Of a stretch of DNA of 64,000 nucleotides, positions 1 to 11,010 are shown piece by piece. Numbering within the stretch: position 1 is the first letter of the stretch; each line of letters begins with the position of its first letter. Under the pieces are notes generated by a model. It had not been told where the DNA came from. It did not search any database and worked only from the letters and a program-made list of their open reading frames with translations. Source of the stretch: Antedon mediterranea (lineage: Eukaryota; Animalia; Echinodermata); NCBI RefSeq assembly GCF_964355755.1, contig NC_092677.1, forward strand, positions 13,724,101 through 13,788,100, in the 5' to 3' direction. The translations under genes and the position numbers were made by a program.

Positions 1-701
1 ACTTAGGCAAACGATTAACAAAACCATTTTTAGTAATATTTACCCTCCCTCTTGATATAGAAAATAAAGCAGGATTACGAAATTGATATTGTGGAACAGA
101 AATAGGAAAGCACACTTTAAAATTACCATGGAAAATTGAGTTCACAGCCTTAAAAAGAAAAATTAATTCAAATAACTTACGCCTACCCGCTAAATTAATA
201 AGAACGTCTTTGCTAATAGAACCAAATTTACGCACATAAAATCGACAAAACTTGTTCTGTACACTTTGTAATCTAGAAGACTGGGCAAGAGAAATACAGT
301 TAAAAATAACACTGCAGAATTCAAGATTCGACCTAACTAAAGATTTGTATAAAATAACTAACGCCTTTTTATCGTTAATATGTCTGCAATGTCTCCAAAG
401 AAAACCCAAAAGTCTATTGCATTTAGAGACTATAAAATCAATATGTTTACAGAAGGTTAATGAACTATCTAAAAAAATACTTACATAGACTATTATGTAA
501 TTTAATGCAATATATATTGTAAGTGTATCAGTAAAAGAGACATAACTATGGATGGCTTGAGGGGTAATGAGTTAAAGAGAAGGGTCACCTTTAGACGTTC
601 TAAAAGTGTTTGAGGGAAGATGACGACTTCGTACTAAACTTTCATTCAAAAAACAGTTTTGAATAAAACACCTTGTGGTGCCCTTCAATTGTACATTGAC
701 A

Positions 702-1504
702 TTTTTAGTCGCGTGGAAGCGACTCTATAGTTCACTATGTCGGTCGGTCGGTCTTTCTGTCTGTCTGTCGGTCGGTCCGGTATCACTATGTGTTTTATCG
801 CTTTCTGACCTTATCTTGATATCAGTTTAATCTAGCTAGGTCAATTTTTCACAGTATATTCCTTATGGCCAGGAATCAATGTGGTAATGTTTTCACGGTG
901 CGCAATAAAAAATTACGCGGTCTACGCACGATTTAACGAAATCACGTTTGTAATCATATCTTCACAACCATGAATCACAATAAAATAAAATTTGGTACTC
1001 ATAAATTTCAGGGCATAAATCATCATATGGCAATACAATTACGTGCGTAGCGCATGTAACGCATGCGTACGCACGCTTAAAATTTTCAAAATTTATTTTC
1101 GATGAAATAAGAGTACATTTCAGGCAATTTTAAGCGTTTACAAAATTGCCATGAGTGCGCATATTTTTGCGCGCGCACTGCGCGTTAAATGTTATTACGC
1201 ACTCTTTTTTCCCGATTTCTGTTTTCTTGACTTACTTTTCAACTCGAAATTACGTTATACAAGCACGTCGAAAGTGACAGGCTACGCACGTGTAAATTAA
1301 AAAAATATAAATGTTTTTAAACATTTCAACATTTTTAAACATGTTCAGTAATTTCGGTCAGTATAGTTCACTATGTCGGTCGGTCTGTCTGTCTGTTGGT
1401 CTGTTGGTCTGTCTGTCGGTCTGTCTGTCGGTCTATCGGTCTGTATGTCGGTCCGGTATCACTATGCATTGTAGCACGCGACTTAATGGCTGTTGGCCTT
1501 GTTT
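702..1504 (+). mobile_element. Non-autonomous Helentron-associated (HINE/DINE-like) element
   Basis: Starts TTTTTAGTCGCGT...GCGACT (short inverted repeat). Carries (GTCG/GTCT)n microsatellite blocks at ~738-780 and ~1375-1455, the subterminal complement ACGCGACT at ~1476, and ends in a T-rich site. No TSD. This layout is typical of Helentron-derived elements. Confidence 0.6.
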
Positions 1505-1610
1505 AATTATTAATTTTATAAGTAAAATTTACCTAAACTGCCGATAGGCCTACAACGATAAATTGTTTTTTGTTTATAAGCAAAGTTGAGTCTGAGGACA
1601 GGTATATTAA

Positions 1611-1802
1611 GGTATTTTAAACAGTAGGATATTTATTGATTGATTAAAGTATATTTTCTTTATTTTTCTTTCTTTTTTTGTGTTCTTTCTTTCTTTCTCT
1701 CTAATTGAGCAATACGTACTTCTTAATTTTGTACTGGGCCAGACCCATAAAAATCATTTCTTATATTGAAGCTATAATTTCTACAATTAAAATTAAATAA
1801 TA
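1611..1802 (+). repeat. ~190-bp dispersed repeat, copy 1 (copy 2 at 2557-2744)
   Basis: GGTATTTTAAACAGTAGGA...TTAAAATTAAATAA aligns by eye with 2557-2744, with scattered mismatches. Confidence 0.8.
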
Positions 1803-3125
1803 ACGCGGAGAGAGGGAAACCCTGTCTTGCCATTCATTTGAAAACTTCGGACAAATTAAATCCATCCATTATTTACAATTGCCATTTTCAATCCCAGGGT
1901 TGGAACTCGCGACTCTTTCATCTCCGCTTCCTAAGCCTCAAAGACTTAGTTTAACGCGCACGAAGCATAATAAATTATAAAATAGTTTATCCATCCTTAA
2001 ATGGCGAGTTACTCGCTGTTGAATATTTTCACTCCGCGATTATGTGTGCGGCTCATTTCATTTTTCAAAGCATTCGTTAAGACGTTACAGACAACGTGTT
2101 TTATATTATTCCAAAATAATGTATAGAATTCTACTCGCAACCCATCACATCTTGGAGGTTTTGCGTTGCGTTGGTTGCGGCTCTGATCTTTTTTTGTCGA
2201 TCCTCTGTTTTTCGGCATCGTCGAGTTTTATTCTTAATGGTCAACCTTGTACCTGTTAATTATTATTATATTAGTTTAAATATTGTAATTACCTGTATAC
2301 AGTAGCTTTAATATTTGGATAGCTGTTTGTATAGGGCCTATCCCGTCCTAAAAACAAGTAGGCTTACATATTGGTGGGCATAGCGCTTGGGTTACCACTA
2401 CAGTAGGGCTCCGGCAGCGCAAAGCCACGTAGGGCGGCAACGCAAGTAATTTGACCAATCACAAGCGATGTGTTATTCGAACTGCCGCTTGTGATTGGTA
2501 AACTCGCGTGTGTTGCGCTTACTTGCGTCCTAGCGAGAATCAAGCTTAAAGATAAAGGTATTTTAAACAGTAGGACACGCATTGATTGATTAAAGTATAT
2601 TTTCTTTCTATTTTTCTTTCTTTTTTTGTGTTCTCTCTTTCTTTCTCTCTAATTGGGCGATACGCACTTCTTAATTTTGTAGTGGGCGCACCATTGGCAT
2701 TTCTTATATTGAAGCTAAAATCTCTACAATTAAAATTAAATAATATTTAGTGAGAATCAAGCTTAAAGATAAAAGTGATTTATGTTTATACTTTATAACC
2801 AGATATGTTAAACATTGACTCCATAAACACTCAAACTACTCGTGATGCATTTGTTAAACAGTTTGTTGTTTTTTATTTCATTCTCATCTAATTATCTGCT
2901 GTTTGCAAGTGAACAGAAGTTATATAATAATAAAACAATCTCTCATTAGTAGGATTCTCATTTAACCGTCACAAACTTTTTATTTCATTTTCTAAATCAT
3001 TTGGTGTAGAAGCTTTGCCAACTTGTCTCACTGTCGAAAGAATGTTTTTCACACCATCAAAACCCGAATCAATCGTCATTTTTATTCTCATAGAGACTTC
3101 ATTAGGAATCCTTTAAAGCAAAAAT

Positions 3126-5320
3126 AATATCATGTACCATCTTATATCTTTCCAAAAGTTGATACATTGTTATATAGATTTTTGTGGGGAGGAAAAAGGG
3201 AAAAAATTAAAAGAAAAACTCTTATAAACACTGTAGATAAAGGTGGTATAAATATGGTGAATTTTAATATCTTAGTTGAGTTGTCTGAAGTTGAGTTAAG
3301 AGACTGTTAAATCCTAACCCAGGTATTTGGAAATGTATTCCAAACTACTATATGCATCCAGTTGATTATACTGCGAATTGTAGTAAATTAAATACTGAAG
3401 CGCATACTAAATTTAAAAATATGCCAGTATTTTATATGAATATGTTGAAAGCAGCTGTAAAGTTAAACAATAGTGTATATTGTTTAGAGCCGCAAAATTT
3501 ACAAGAAATTAGGTCACAACACTTATGGGAAAACAAATTTATAACATCAATTGAGGGAAAATCTCTATATTTCAACACCTGGTTAAACTCTGGATACAAA
3601 AGAGTAAATGATATAGTCGTTAATAACAGGTTATTGACTGCAGCAGAAATTATTCTAACTCTGTCGAATAAACAGAATGGATTAATTGAATACTTTGCAA
3701 CAATAAATGCAATACCTGATATATGGAAAGAACAAATAAGGTTGGAAAATGCACGCATAGATATACAATTAAGAGAACATAATATATTTCATAATAGGAT
3801 AAGATCGTCTTACTATTATAAGCAGTTTATAAATGATATATGTATTATTCCAAATCCTCAAATGAAATGGGAAATAGAATTTAGAGATGAAATTATTGAC
3901 TGGAATGAAATATGGAATAGAAAAGTATGTAGAATGAAACAAATGGTTGTTACATCGAATCCTTATATGTAAAAAAAGACTAAAAAGATGGAAATTATCC
4001 ACAACAGACAAATGTAATAAGTGTAAGAATCATATAGAAAATGAAAAACACTTATTAATTGCATGTAAAACTATTCAACCAGTCTGGAAAAATTTTAAAG
4101 ATATGCTGGTTCAGTGTCTTCCAAATGAGGTTACAGTACAGCAAGACTTCCCAAAGTGGGTTAATGTAATTTTGGGAACAACAAACAAACTTGTAAATGA
4201 ATTAATTTCAGTTTTTACTTTTTGTATATATAAATCCTCCATACTATATAAAGAACTAGAAACGACAGAAAAAAAAGAATCTGCAAATATTTGGGGGCTA
4301 TTTAAAAATGAAATTATAAACCTCATAAATCATGAGTATTCGTATAACTTTTATACTGCTTATCAGAAATGGAAAAATAGTAAAGACAGGATATTTGACC
4401 TATTGAATAATTAAAATATATATGTGCTGGAGATCTCTATCCCTACGTTTTACAATTGTATTTTATATTAGTGTGACATATGCTGTATAAGTTTTAATAT
4501 AAATGTGTTGCTCTTTTTTATTTCAAGTGATTTTAAATGTAACCATTGATTATGTTTTTAGACAATTTTAATAACTTATATGAAATCTGTAATTATTGGT
4601 ATTTATTTTTTAATATATATATATATTTTTCTATATTTGTAATATTCATATTGTATACATGTCAATGTTATCTGCATGTATTTGTATTTGTCCAATATAT
4701 ATATTTTTTCTATATTTGCAATATTTTATATCGTAAATACAAATTGTAAGTAGTAGTTGTACCAAGGTGACATCGGGTATGAAGCGTCTCACATACGCAC
4801 AGAGCCAAAATCGCATATTGGACTTGCACAGTGTATGGACTCTAACCTTACGGTTTTCATTAAATATATCATTATATATATTTATATATATTTATATATA
4901 TATATATGCTATCATTCTAAATATCTAATTTTCAAACTTTTGCATCCCTCTTTTTCATTTCATCCTTTTTATCTTGGTGAAAAGGGAGGATACTACATTT
5001 TCCTCCCCTGAGTTTATAGCCTCTCTACTCGAACACAAATAAGATCACAAATAAGATAGTTTAACAAGAAAATTTTAATCATGTATTTTACCGCCATTTT
5101 TCATTTTGACATTTTAATTAACATCGTATCTAAAATTTTAATGAAAACAAATATGGTTAATACTGAATTCAAGCATCTTATTATGTAAATATACCTGTAT
5201 TTTAACTACTTTAAACACTTACTTTTAATTGTCACAAATGTACTTATATGTATGTAATATATTCACCAATGAGAATTTAAATAAACGTGAGATGAACTCA
5301 CACAAGACAAAAAAAAAAGA
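3126..5320 (+). mobile_element. 5'-truncated L1/Tx1-clade non-LTR retrotransposon (degenerate ORF2 C-terminus plus 3' UTR)
   Basis: The FLWGGKREKIKRKTL...KGG motif (~3180-3250), QHLWENKFI...YFNTW and the CxxC...E...HLL..C zinc knuckle lie across frameshifted ORFs 3352-3972 and 3947-4414. AATAAA at ~5279 is followed by a poly-A tract. A 19-bp direct repeat AATCCTTTAAAGCAAAAAT flanks it at 3107-3125 and 5321-5339. Confidence 0.85.
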
Positions 5321-5758
5321 AATCCTTTAAAGCAAAAATTGTTATTATTAAAATAATATCATTATAAAAACCAATAAAATATTCTTTAGACAAAAAAACA
5401 GGCTTATAGATAGTCGTTTTTAAGCTGATTTAACTTTTTTTGATAAACGCTCATGGAAAATCATATATTATTATTGTACCAGTAAATTCCGTGAATGTTG
5501 TTACATTCACTCACTGAGATTTCAAAATTCTTTAATATTTAGCCAATATCGGTTTACATTCTTAAATAAGAGATCATAATTAACATTTTATAAGAACATA
5601 ACACTTGGAACGGTTTTATCTTACAATATAATAGATAATATAATAAGCATTGCCTTTTATGTCATTCAGTAAATGATTATAATTTTGCTCATGTGTTCCT
5701 GCATTATTATCTAAAGCTTGGTTCCCACTAGAACGTAACGCAAGGACGTAAACGCAAG

Positions 5759-8402
5759 TATAAGAGAGATTATTGTTGTTGGTGACTTAAATTGGAATAT
5801 ATTTGATAAACAGCATTCTCGGAACATTAAAACCCTCCACCAAATTTTCCAATTAAACCAGTATATTAAAACTCCAACGCGCGTAACGGAAAACAGTAGT
5901 AGTTGTATTGATTTAATTTTTTCAAATAGGGATGACTTTATAAGCAAAACTGGAGTTGTACCAATTGGAATTAGCGATCACTCATTGATATATGCAATAC
6001 GTAAAAAAATTAAAATAAAATTGCCCCCGCGTATTTTACATACGAGAACCTTCCGGAAATTTAACGAAGATTTGTTTATTTCTGATCTTGCATCTGCTCC
6101 GTGGAGTATTTGTGAGGCGTCCGAGGATGCTGACGAGGCTTGGGACATTTGGAAACACATTTTTACTGATATTTGTGATATTCATGCTCCTATGGTGACG
6201 GTCAGGAGGAAGGGAACTGATATTCCATGGCTTACAGACGAATTTGTTTCTCTTTCTCGTGACCGTGATTATTTAAAACAAAAAGCCGAAAAAACTAAGA
6301 ACATAGATGATTGGAATTCTTACAAAAAGGCAAGAAATAAATTAAATAATTTGTCTAAATCACTAAAACGCGACTATATAAATAATAAATTAAAGGATAA
6401 TGTTAATGACACTAAAACATTATGGAAAACCATGAAAGACTTTTTACCCAATAAAAAGAAACAAACTAAAACAACTCTCAATGTAAACGGTAATGAAATA
6501 AACAATCCAACTGATATTGCTAATCATTTTAATAAATATTTTTGTTCAATTTCTAATGAACTTGCATCCCATTTTAATGACAACCAAAACGATATTACCG
6601 TTGAATCGTTATCACAATTTCAACAACGTTTCAACTTTAAAGATATTAATGGAAATGAAATTGAAGCTTTGTTGGAAAAGTTAGAAATTGGAAAAGCTAC
6701 TGGAATTGATGGGATTTCGGCTAGGTTACTTAAAATTGCATCTTCACAAATTTCTCAAAGTCTTGCCTTTTTGTTTAACTGGTCATTAAGATCTGGTGTT
6801 ATTCCAAGTGAATGGAAATGTGCTAAGGTTACTCCGCTTTATAAAGGAGGATGTAAACATGAACTTAACAACTACCGTCCAATATCTGTTATACCTATTG
6901 TTATGAAAGTTTTTGAAAGATGCATCCATAATCAAGTTATGAATCATATAAATGAGTTTAATTTATTATGTAAAAATCAATCTGGTTTTAGGTCGTTACA
7001 TTCAACTTCTACTACACTGATAGATGTATGCAATTATATATATAAAAATATTGATAATGGCTTGGTAACTGGAGCAATTTTTCTTGACCTAAAAAAGCCG
7101 TTTGATACGGTAGACCACGATATTTTATTACGTAAATTATGCACCTTTGGAATGATAAACACTGAGCTTGCATGGTTCAGTAATTATTTAAAAAATCGCA
7201 AACAATTTGTTAATTTTAATGGAAAAAAATCTGAAATTTTAAATGTCAACTATGGGGTACCACAAGGCTCAATTCTTGGCCCTTTGTTGTTTATTTTATA
7301 CATAAATGACTTACATGATAGTGTTGATGGGATTTGTAAAACAGTCCTCTATGCAGACGACACTGCGCTTTTTTATGCATGTAAATCAAATGAAGAGCTT
7401 ACAACAGTTTTAACTGAACAGTTGGAAAATGTAAAACAATGGTTAGATAAACATAAATTAACTCTAAACATTGATAAAACCAAATACATGCTTTTTGGTA
7501 CTCATGCACGTGTTAATAAAACAACAGATGAAACAGTAATTTTTGATAACATTCCGATTGAGAAAGTTGAAACGTTTAAATATTTGGGACTTACATTTGA
7601 TGAACAACTCTCATGGAAAGTACATATTGATTCTATATGTGCAAAACTATCAAAAATTCTACATCTATTTTATAGATTGAAAAGTTTTACATCTCTTAAA
7701 ATTATTAAAAGATTATACAATGCTCTATTTTTATCACATATTGACTATTGTTCAACAGTCTGGGGTACTGGTTCAAACGCCCATATTTTAAAATTGCAAA
7801 GGGTACAAAATAGAGCTGCACGATTAATACTAGGTGCTGATATTCGAACTCCTGTTAGACAAATGCATTATGATTTAGGTTGGCTAACAATTAAGACAAG
7901 AATTGAATATCATACAATTTGTACAATATTTAGATGTTTACAAGAATCTGTACCTTCATACTTATGTGATGTTTTGCAATATATTAGTAGTGTACACAAT
8001 ATTCAAACCAGAAACTATGAAAATAATCTGTTGTATTTGCCCAGATGTAACCTCGAAATATACAAACGTAGTTTTGTTTATTATGGAAGTTCACTCTGGA
8101 ATGGCCTACCTTATGAATTAAGAAAACAAAACAATTATAACCGTTTTAAATCACTTGTTAAGATTCATTTATTGTTGCCGGTGGTCTAGGATGGTTCCAG
8201 TGAAATATATTTAAATATGGTATAAAAGTATAATAATAATGAGAACATGCATTGAAGTTTAGTTTTAGTTTAAGTTTTAGTTTAAGTTTAGTTTAAGTTG
8301 TTTTCAAATTTCAAATTAAATGTGCCGTAGGGCCCCTCGGAAGAGCAGTTTTATTTTATTACTGAGAGGGCTACCCTACTAAAAGAAAACGAAATAAATA
8401 AA
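5759..8402 (+). mobile_element. 5'-truncated CR1/L2-group LINE (Crack/Daphne-like)
   Basis: Frame open from 5760 to 8189. 3' UTR hairpin at ~8328-8380, then a (TAAA)n tail. 10-bp TSD TAAACGCAAG at 5749-5758 and 8403-8412. Confidence 0.9.
5760..8189 (+). CDS. LINE ORF2 remnant: partial APE endonuclease plus complete reverse transcriptase
   Basis: Endonuclease motifs IIVVGDLN, TPTRVT, CIDLIF and ISDH lie upstream of, and in frame with, listed ORF 5985-8189. RT motifs NYRPIS, QSGFR, FLDLKKPFDTVDH, GVPQGSILGPLLF, YADDT, KYLG. No native start codon, because the element is truncated. Confidence 0.9.
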   Translation: MREIIVVGDLNWNIFDKQHSRNIKTLHQIFQLNQYIKTPTRVTENSSSCIDLIFSNRDDFISKTGVVPIGISDHSLIYAIRKKIKIKLPPRILHTRTFRKFNEDLFISDLASAPWSICEASEDADEAWDIWKHIFTDICDIHAPMVTVRRKGTDIPWLTDEFVSLSRDRDYLKQKAEKTKNIDDWNSYKKARNKLNNLSKSLKRDYINNKLKDNVNDTKTLWKTMKDFLPNKKKQTKTTLNVNGNEINNPTDIANHFNKYFCSISNELASHFNDNQNDITVESLSQFQQRFNFKDINGNEIEALLEKLEIGKATGIDGISARLLKIASSQISQSLAFLFNWSLRSGVIPSEWKCAKVTPLYKGGCKHELNNYRPISVIPIVMKVFERCIHNQVMNHINEFNLLCKNQSGFRSLHSTSTTLIDVCNYIYKNIDNGLVTGAIFLDLKKPFDTVDHDILLRKLCTFGMINTELAWFSNYLKNRKQFVNFNGKKSEILNVNYGVPQGSILGPLLFILYINDLHDSVDGICKTVLYADDTALFYACKSNEELTTVLTEQLENVKQWLDKHKLTLNIDKTKYMLFGTHARVNKTTDETVIFDNIPIEKVETFKYLGLTFDEQLSWKVHIDSICAKLSKILHLFYRLKSFTSLKIIKRLYNALFLSHIDYCSTVWGTGSNAHILKLQRVQNRAARLILGADIRTPVRQMHYDLGWLTIKTRIEYHTICTIFRCLQESVPSYLCDVLQYISSVHNIQTRNYENNLLYLPRCNLEIYKRSFVYYGSSLWNGLPYELRKQNNYNRFKSLVKIHLLLPVV

Positions 8403-10270
8403 TAAACGCAAGCGTTTTAACCAATGACAAGCGAAGTTATAGACAGTTAGCAATCACAAGCGAATAAGCCATCGCTTGTGATTGGTCAATTCACTTGCGT
8501 TGTGTTACGTCCTTGTGTTGCGTCGCTAGTGGGAACCACGCTTAGGTTCTTTTCGATCGTCTGTTAAACCCAGAAGCATGTATGCGTCTTTGTCCACGCA
8601 GTCATTCACTTGCAGTTTGACGTCATTACCTATTTTCATTCCATCCTGTGGTAAATAAATGTAAACTGGTTTTATATTGACTATTGAAAATAGATTCGAT
8701 ACACTTAAAAAATCAAATAAAGGCGAACAGACGGAGGGGGTACGCAATGGGTGTAGGGTGTATTTGTTAATTATTATCAAAACAAAATAGGCCATATAAA
8801 AAACCTTCCACTCCTGGATTGGTCAACCTCTTTTTTATGTCAAAAATAGGCCGATAAATTACAAATAAAAATTATAGAAAAATATTTTATTTGTCAAATA
8901 TTATTACTGCTTCTGTATATTACTCTGCTTCCGTACAGTAAACTCTAACGAATAGATATCATACCACAATCATTGAAATTGCGTTTTATAATTATTTATT
9001 ATCAATTATATTATATAGGCCTACATATTTAAAATAGGAAGCCAAAATAAACAAAATAGGATGCGTCTTATGGTTAGTTTTACTTATAGTAAACAAACCA
9101 TTATACTATTTTTCTATAAGTATCTTGCCATTGCACTATAATAAACACTGGTCATCTATCGTTGCACGAATGTCTATTTATTAACTATAATATACACACA
9201 AACCAATAAAGTAACCTATATTTTAAATTTTGGAGTGGTTTTAAACAAATAAAAATGTACCAGTAAAAGAGAAAAAATTTTAATTATCCATATGGCACAA
9301 GTGTCACAATGCCATGTAAACAATGAAATTGATATTTAGAGTGGGATGATCACTTTGGTGATCACTAACTCTTAATGGTCAATTGTAAAATAATAATAAC
9401 AATTACCTATACTCAACTTATTTGACGAAAACACCAAATAAAAGCTTTCTCTTCAAATCTAGATTTGGCCTTGTAAATGTAATATAAAGTAGGCCTCTTA
9501 ACAATATTTTGATTTTAAGTAAATAATGTGTAAACTGTAACTGATCATTCTTAAATCATATGGTAAATTATATTTCATAGTTTTTGGCCTTGATAGATAA
9601 TATTTATTATTTCGTGAGGAACGAAATGAGGAGCTTTAAGTTTAATAGGTTATTAAGTCTTGTACATTATAGTTTAAATTTATGATATGTGGTAATATAT
9701 GATAAAACAGACCTGGAATAAATGTTAATACCTACAATTCATATACAGTAGGCCTACTTCTAGTTGCTTAAACAAAGGTGCAGATGGTAAAGGCCAACTC
9801 AGAAAGCATCGTACGACGAGGCCCGACTCGTTGACTCGTCGGTGCTGCTGTCCGAGTTGAATTACTACGAGAGGAGTCGTCTTGAGATAGTTTTTAGTTC
9901 GTCGTGAGAACTTTAAACATGTTTAATTTTCATCGAGCCTCGTCGTATGACGCTGTCTTAGTAACAAATCGAACAAACATGGCGATCAAAGCAGCATCAG
10001 AAATGTACAACATTGTTATTTTTGCAAACAAAAAGGGTATTCTCTTGTAATTAAATATGTGTGGAAGAAGGTAAAATGTGTAAAGATAGATAGATAAGTC
10101 TAAATCAACAAAACAAAGTTCCGTTCTTCTAATAAAACAAGAATGAAACTTGATTAGTATACAGCTACGTCATTTAGAATTGCATAGTGCATTGTGAAAA
10201 AAACTGCTCTATGGGCCTACACATAGTTGAAACTCTCTATTGACTAATTGGTAACTATAACTTAATTGGG

Positions 10271-10421
10271 TTGATATAAGGTTTGCGGTACACCACGTAT
10301 CTTAGTTAATTCTGAAAAGAACTGTTGAGTTTCGATCAAAGCACATTAATCGAAACGTCGAGAAACTCAACAGTTCTTTTCAGAACTAAGATACGTGGTG
10401 TACTGCAAACTTTATAATCAA
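10271..10421. repeat. ~150-bp inverted repeat derived from a Penelope-like terminal sequence
   Basis: TACACCACGTATCTTAGTT..CTGAAAAGAACTGTTGAGTTTC is mirrored by GAAACTCAACAGTTCTTTTCAGAACTAAGATACGTGGTGTA, with CGAAACGTCG in the loop. A related single arm lies at ~49330-49360. Confidence 0.6.
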
Positions 10422-11010
10422 CATTTAATTTCGCCATGCAAACCTCCAAACAATAAATAACTTGGGTGTTTTATGTTTTTTTTTAAATATCCTATCATTC
10501 CTGCATTTACCTGGTAGGCGATGTCCTGAATTTTGACATTCTTTTATTTTTATTGAATAAAGAATGATTAAACCGAAGGATCGGGACGGACCATAGCCCA
10601 CATTTCGAATATTAGCTCTGTCTACACTATCAAAATTGTTTAACAAAAAAAGTGTGATATGCACAAATATGGTATAGTGATATGACACCACATTTTTTGT
10701 CTCATAAAGTTTGATAGCGTAGACACAGCTTTAAACCACCTATCGTCTATTGTATGACAATGACGCTATAACCAAATATTGAAGGACAAATATTGTTAGC
10801 GGTACTACCAATATAATAAATTGCTGATTATATAGTTTCAACATAACCTTTGAACACTAGCAAACATCACCCGTAGCTCGACTTGTCATTACGGACTTAT
10901 TTTCAATGATGAGAAGATTTTGTAAACGGAAAGTTAACTTTAAATAGGCCTACTAATAAGACTTGGAGAGATTCAACACAAAACGGTGAAAACTTGTAGA
11001 ATAGAAAAAT

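Larger units (their letters stand above)
5714..8543. mobile_element. MITE (PIF/Harbinger-like) split by the LINE insertion
   Basis: Inverted termini AAGCTTGGTTCCCACTAG (5714) and CTAGTGGGAACCACGCTT (ending 8543). The halves 5714-5758 and 8413-8543 rejoin across the TSD. Related decayed copies at ~2440-2547 and ~39683-39770. Confidence 0.7.

Noticed and set aside
252-2582. Short ORFs at the window start and the many 60-120-aa ORFs in introns or antisense to real genes
   Set aside because: They are low-complexity or shadow frames with no recognisable motifs or consistent splice structure.
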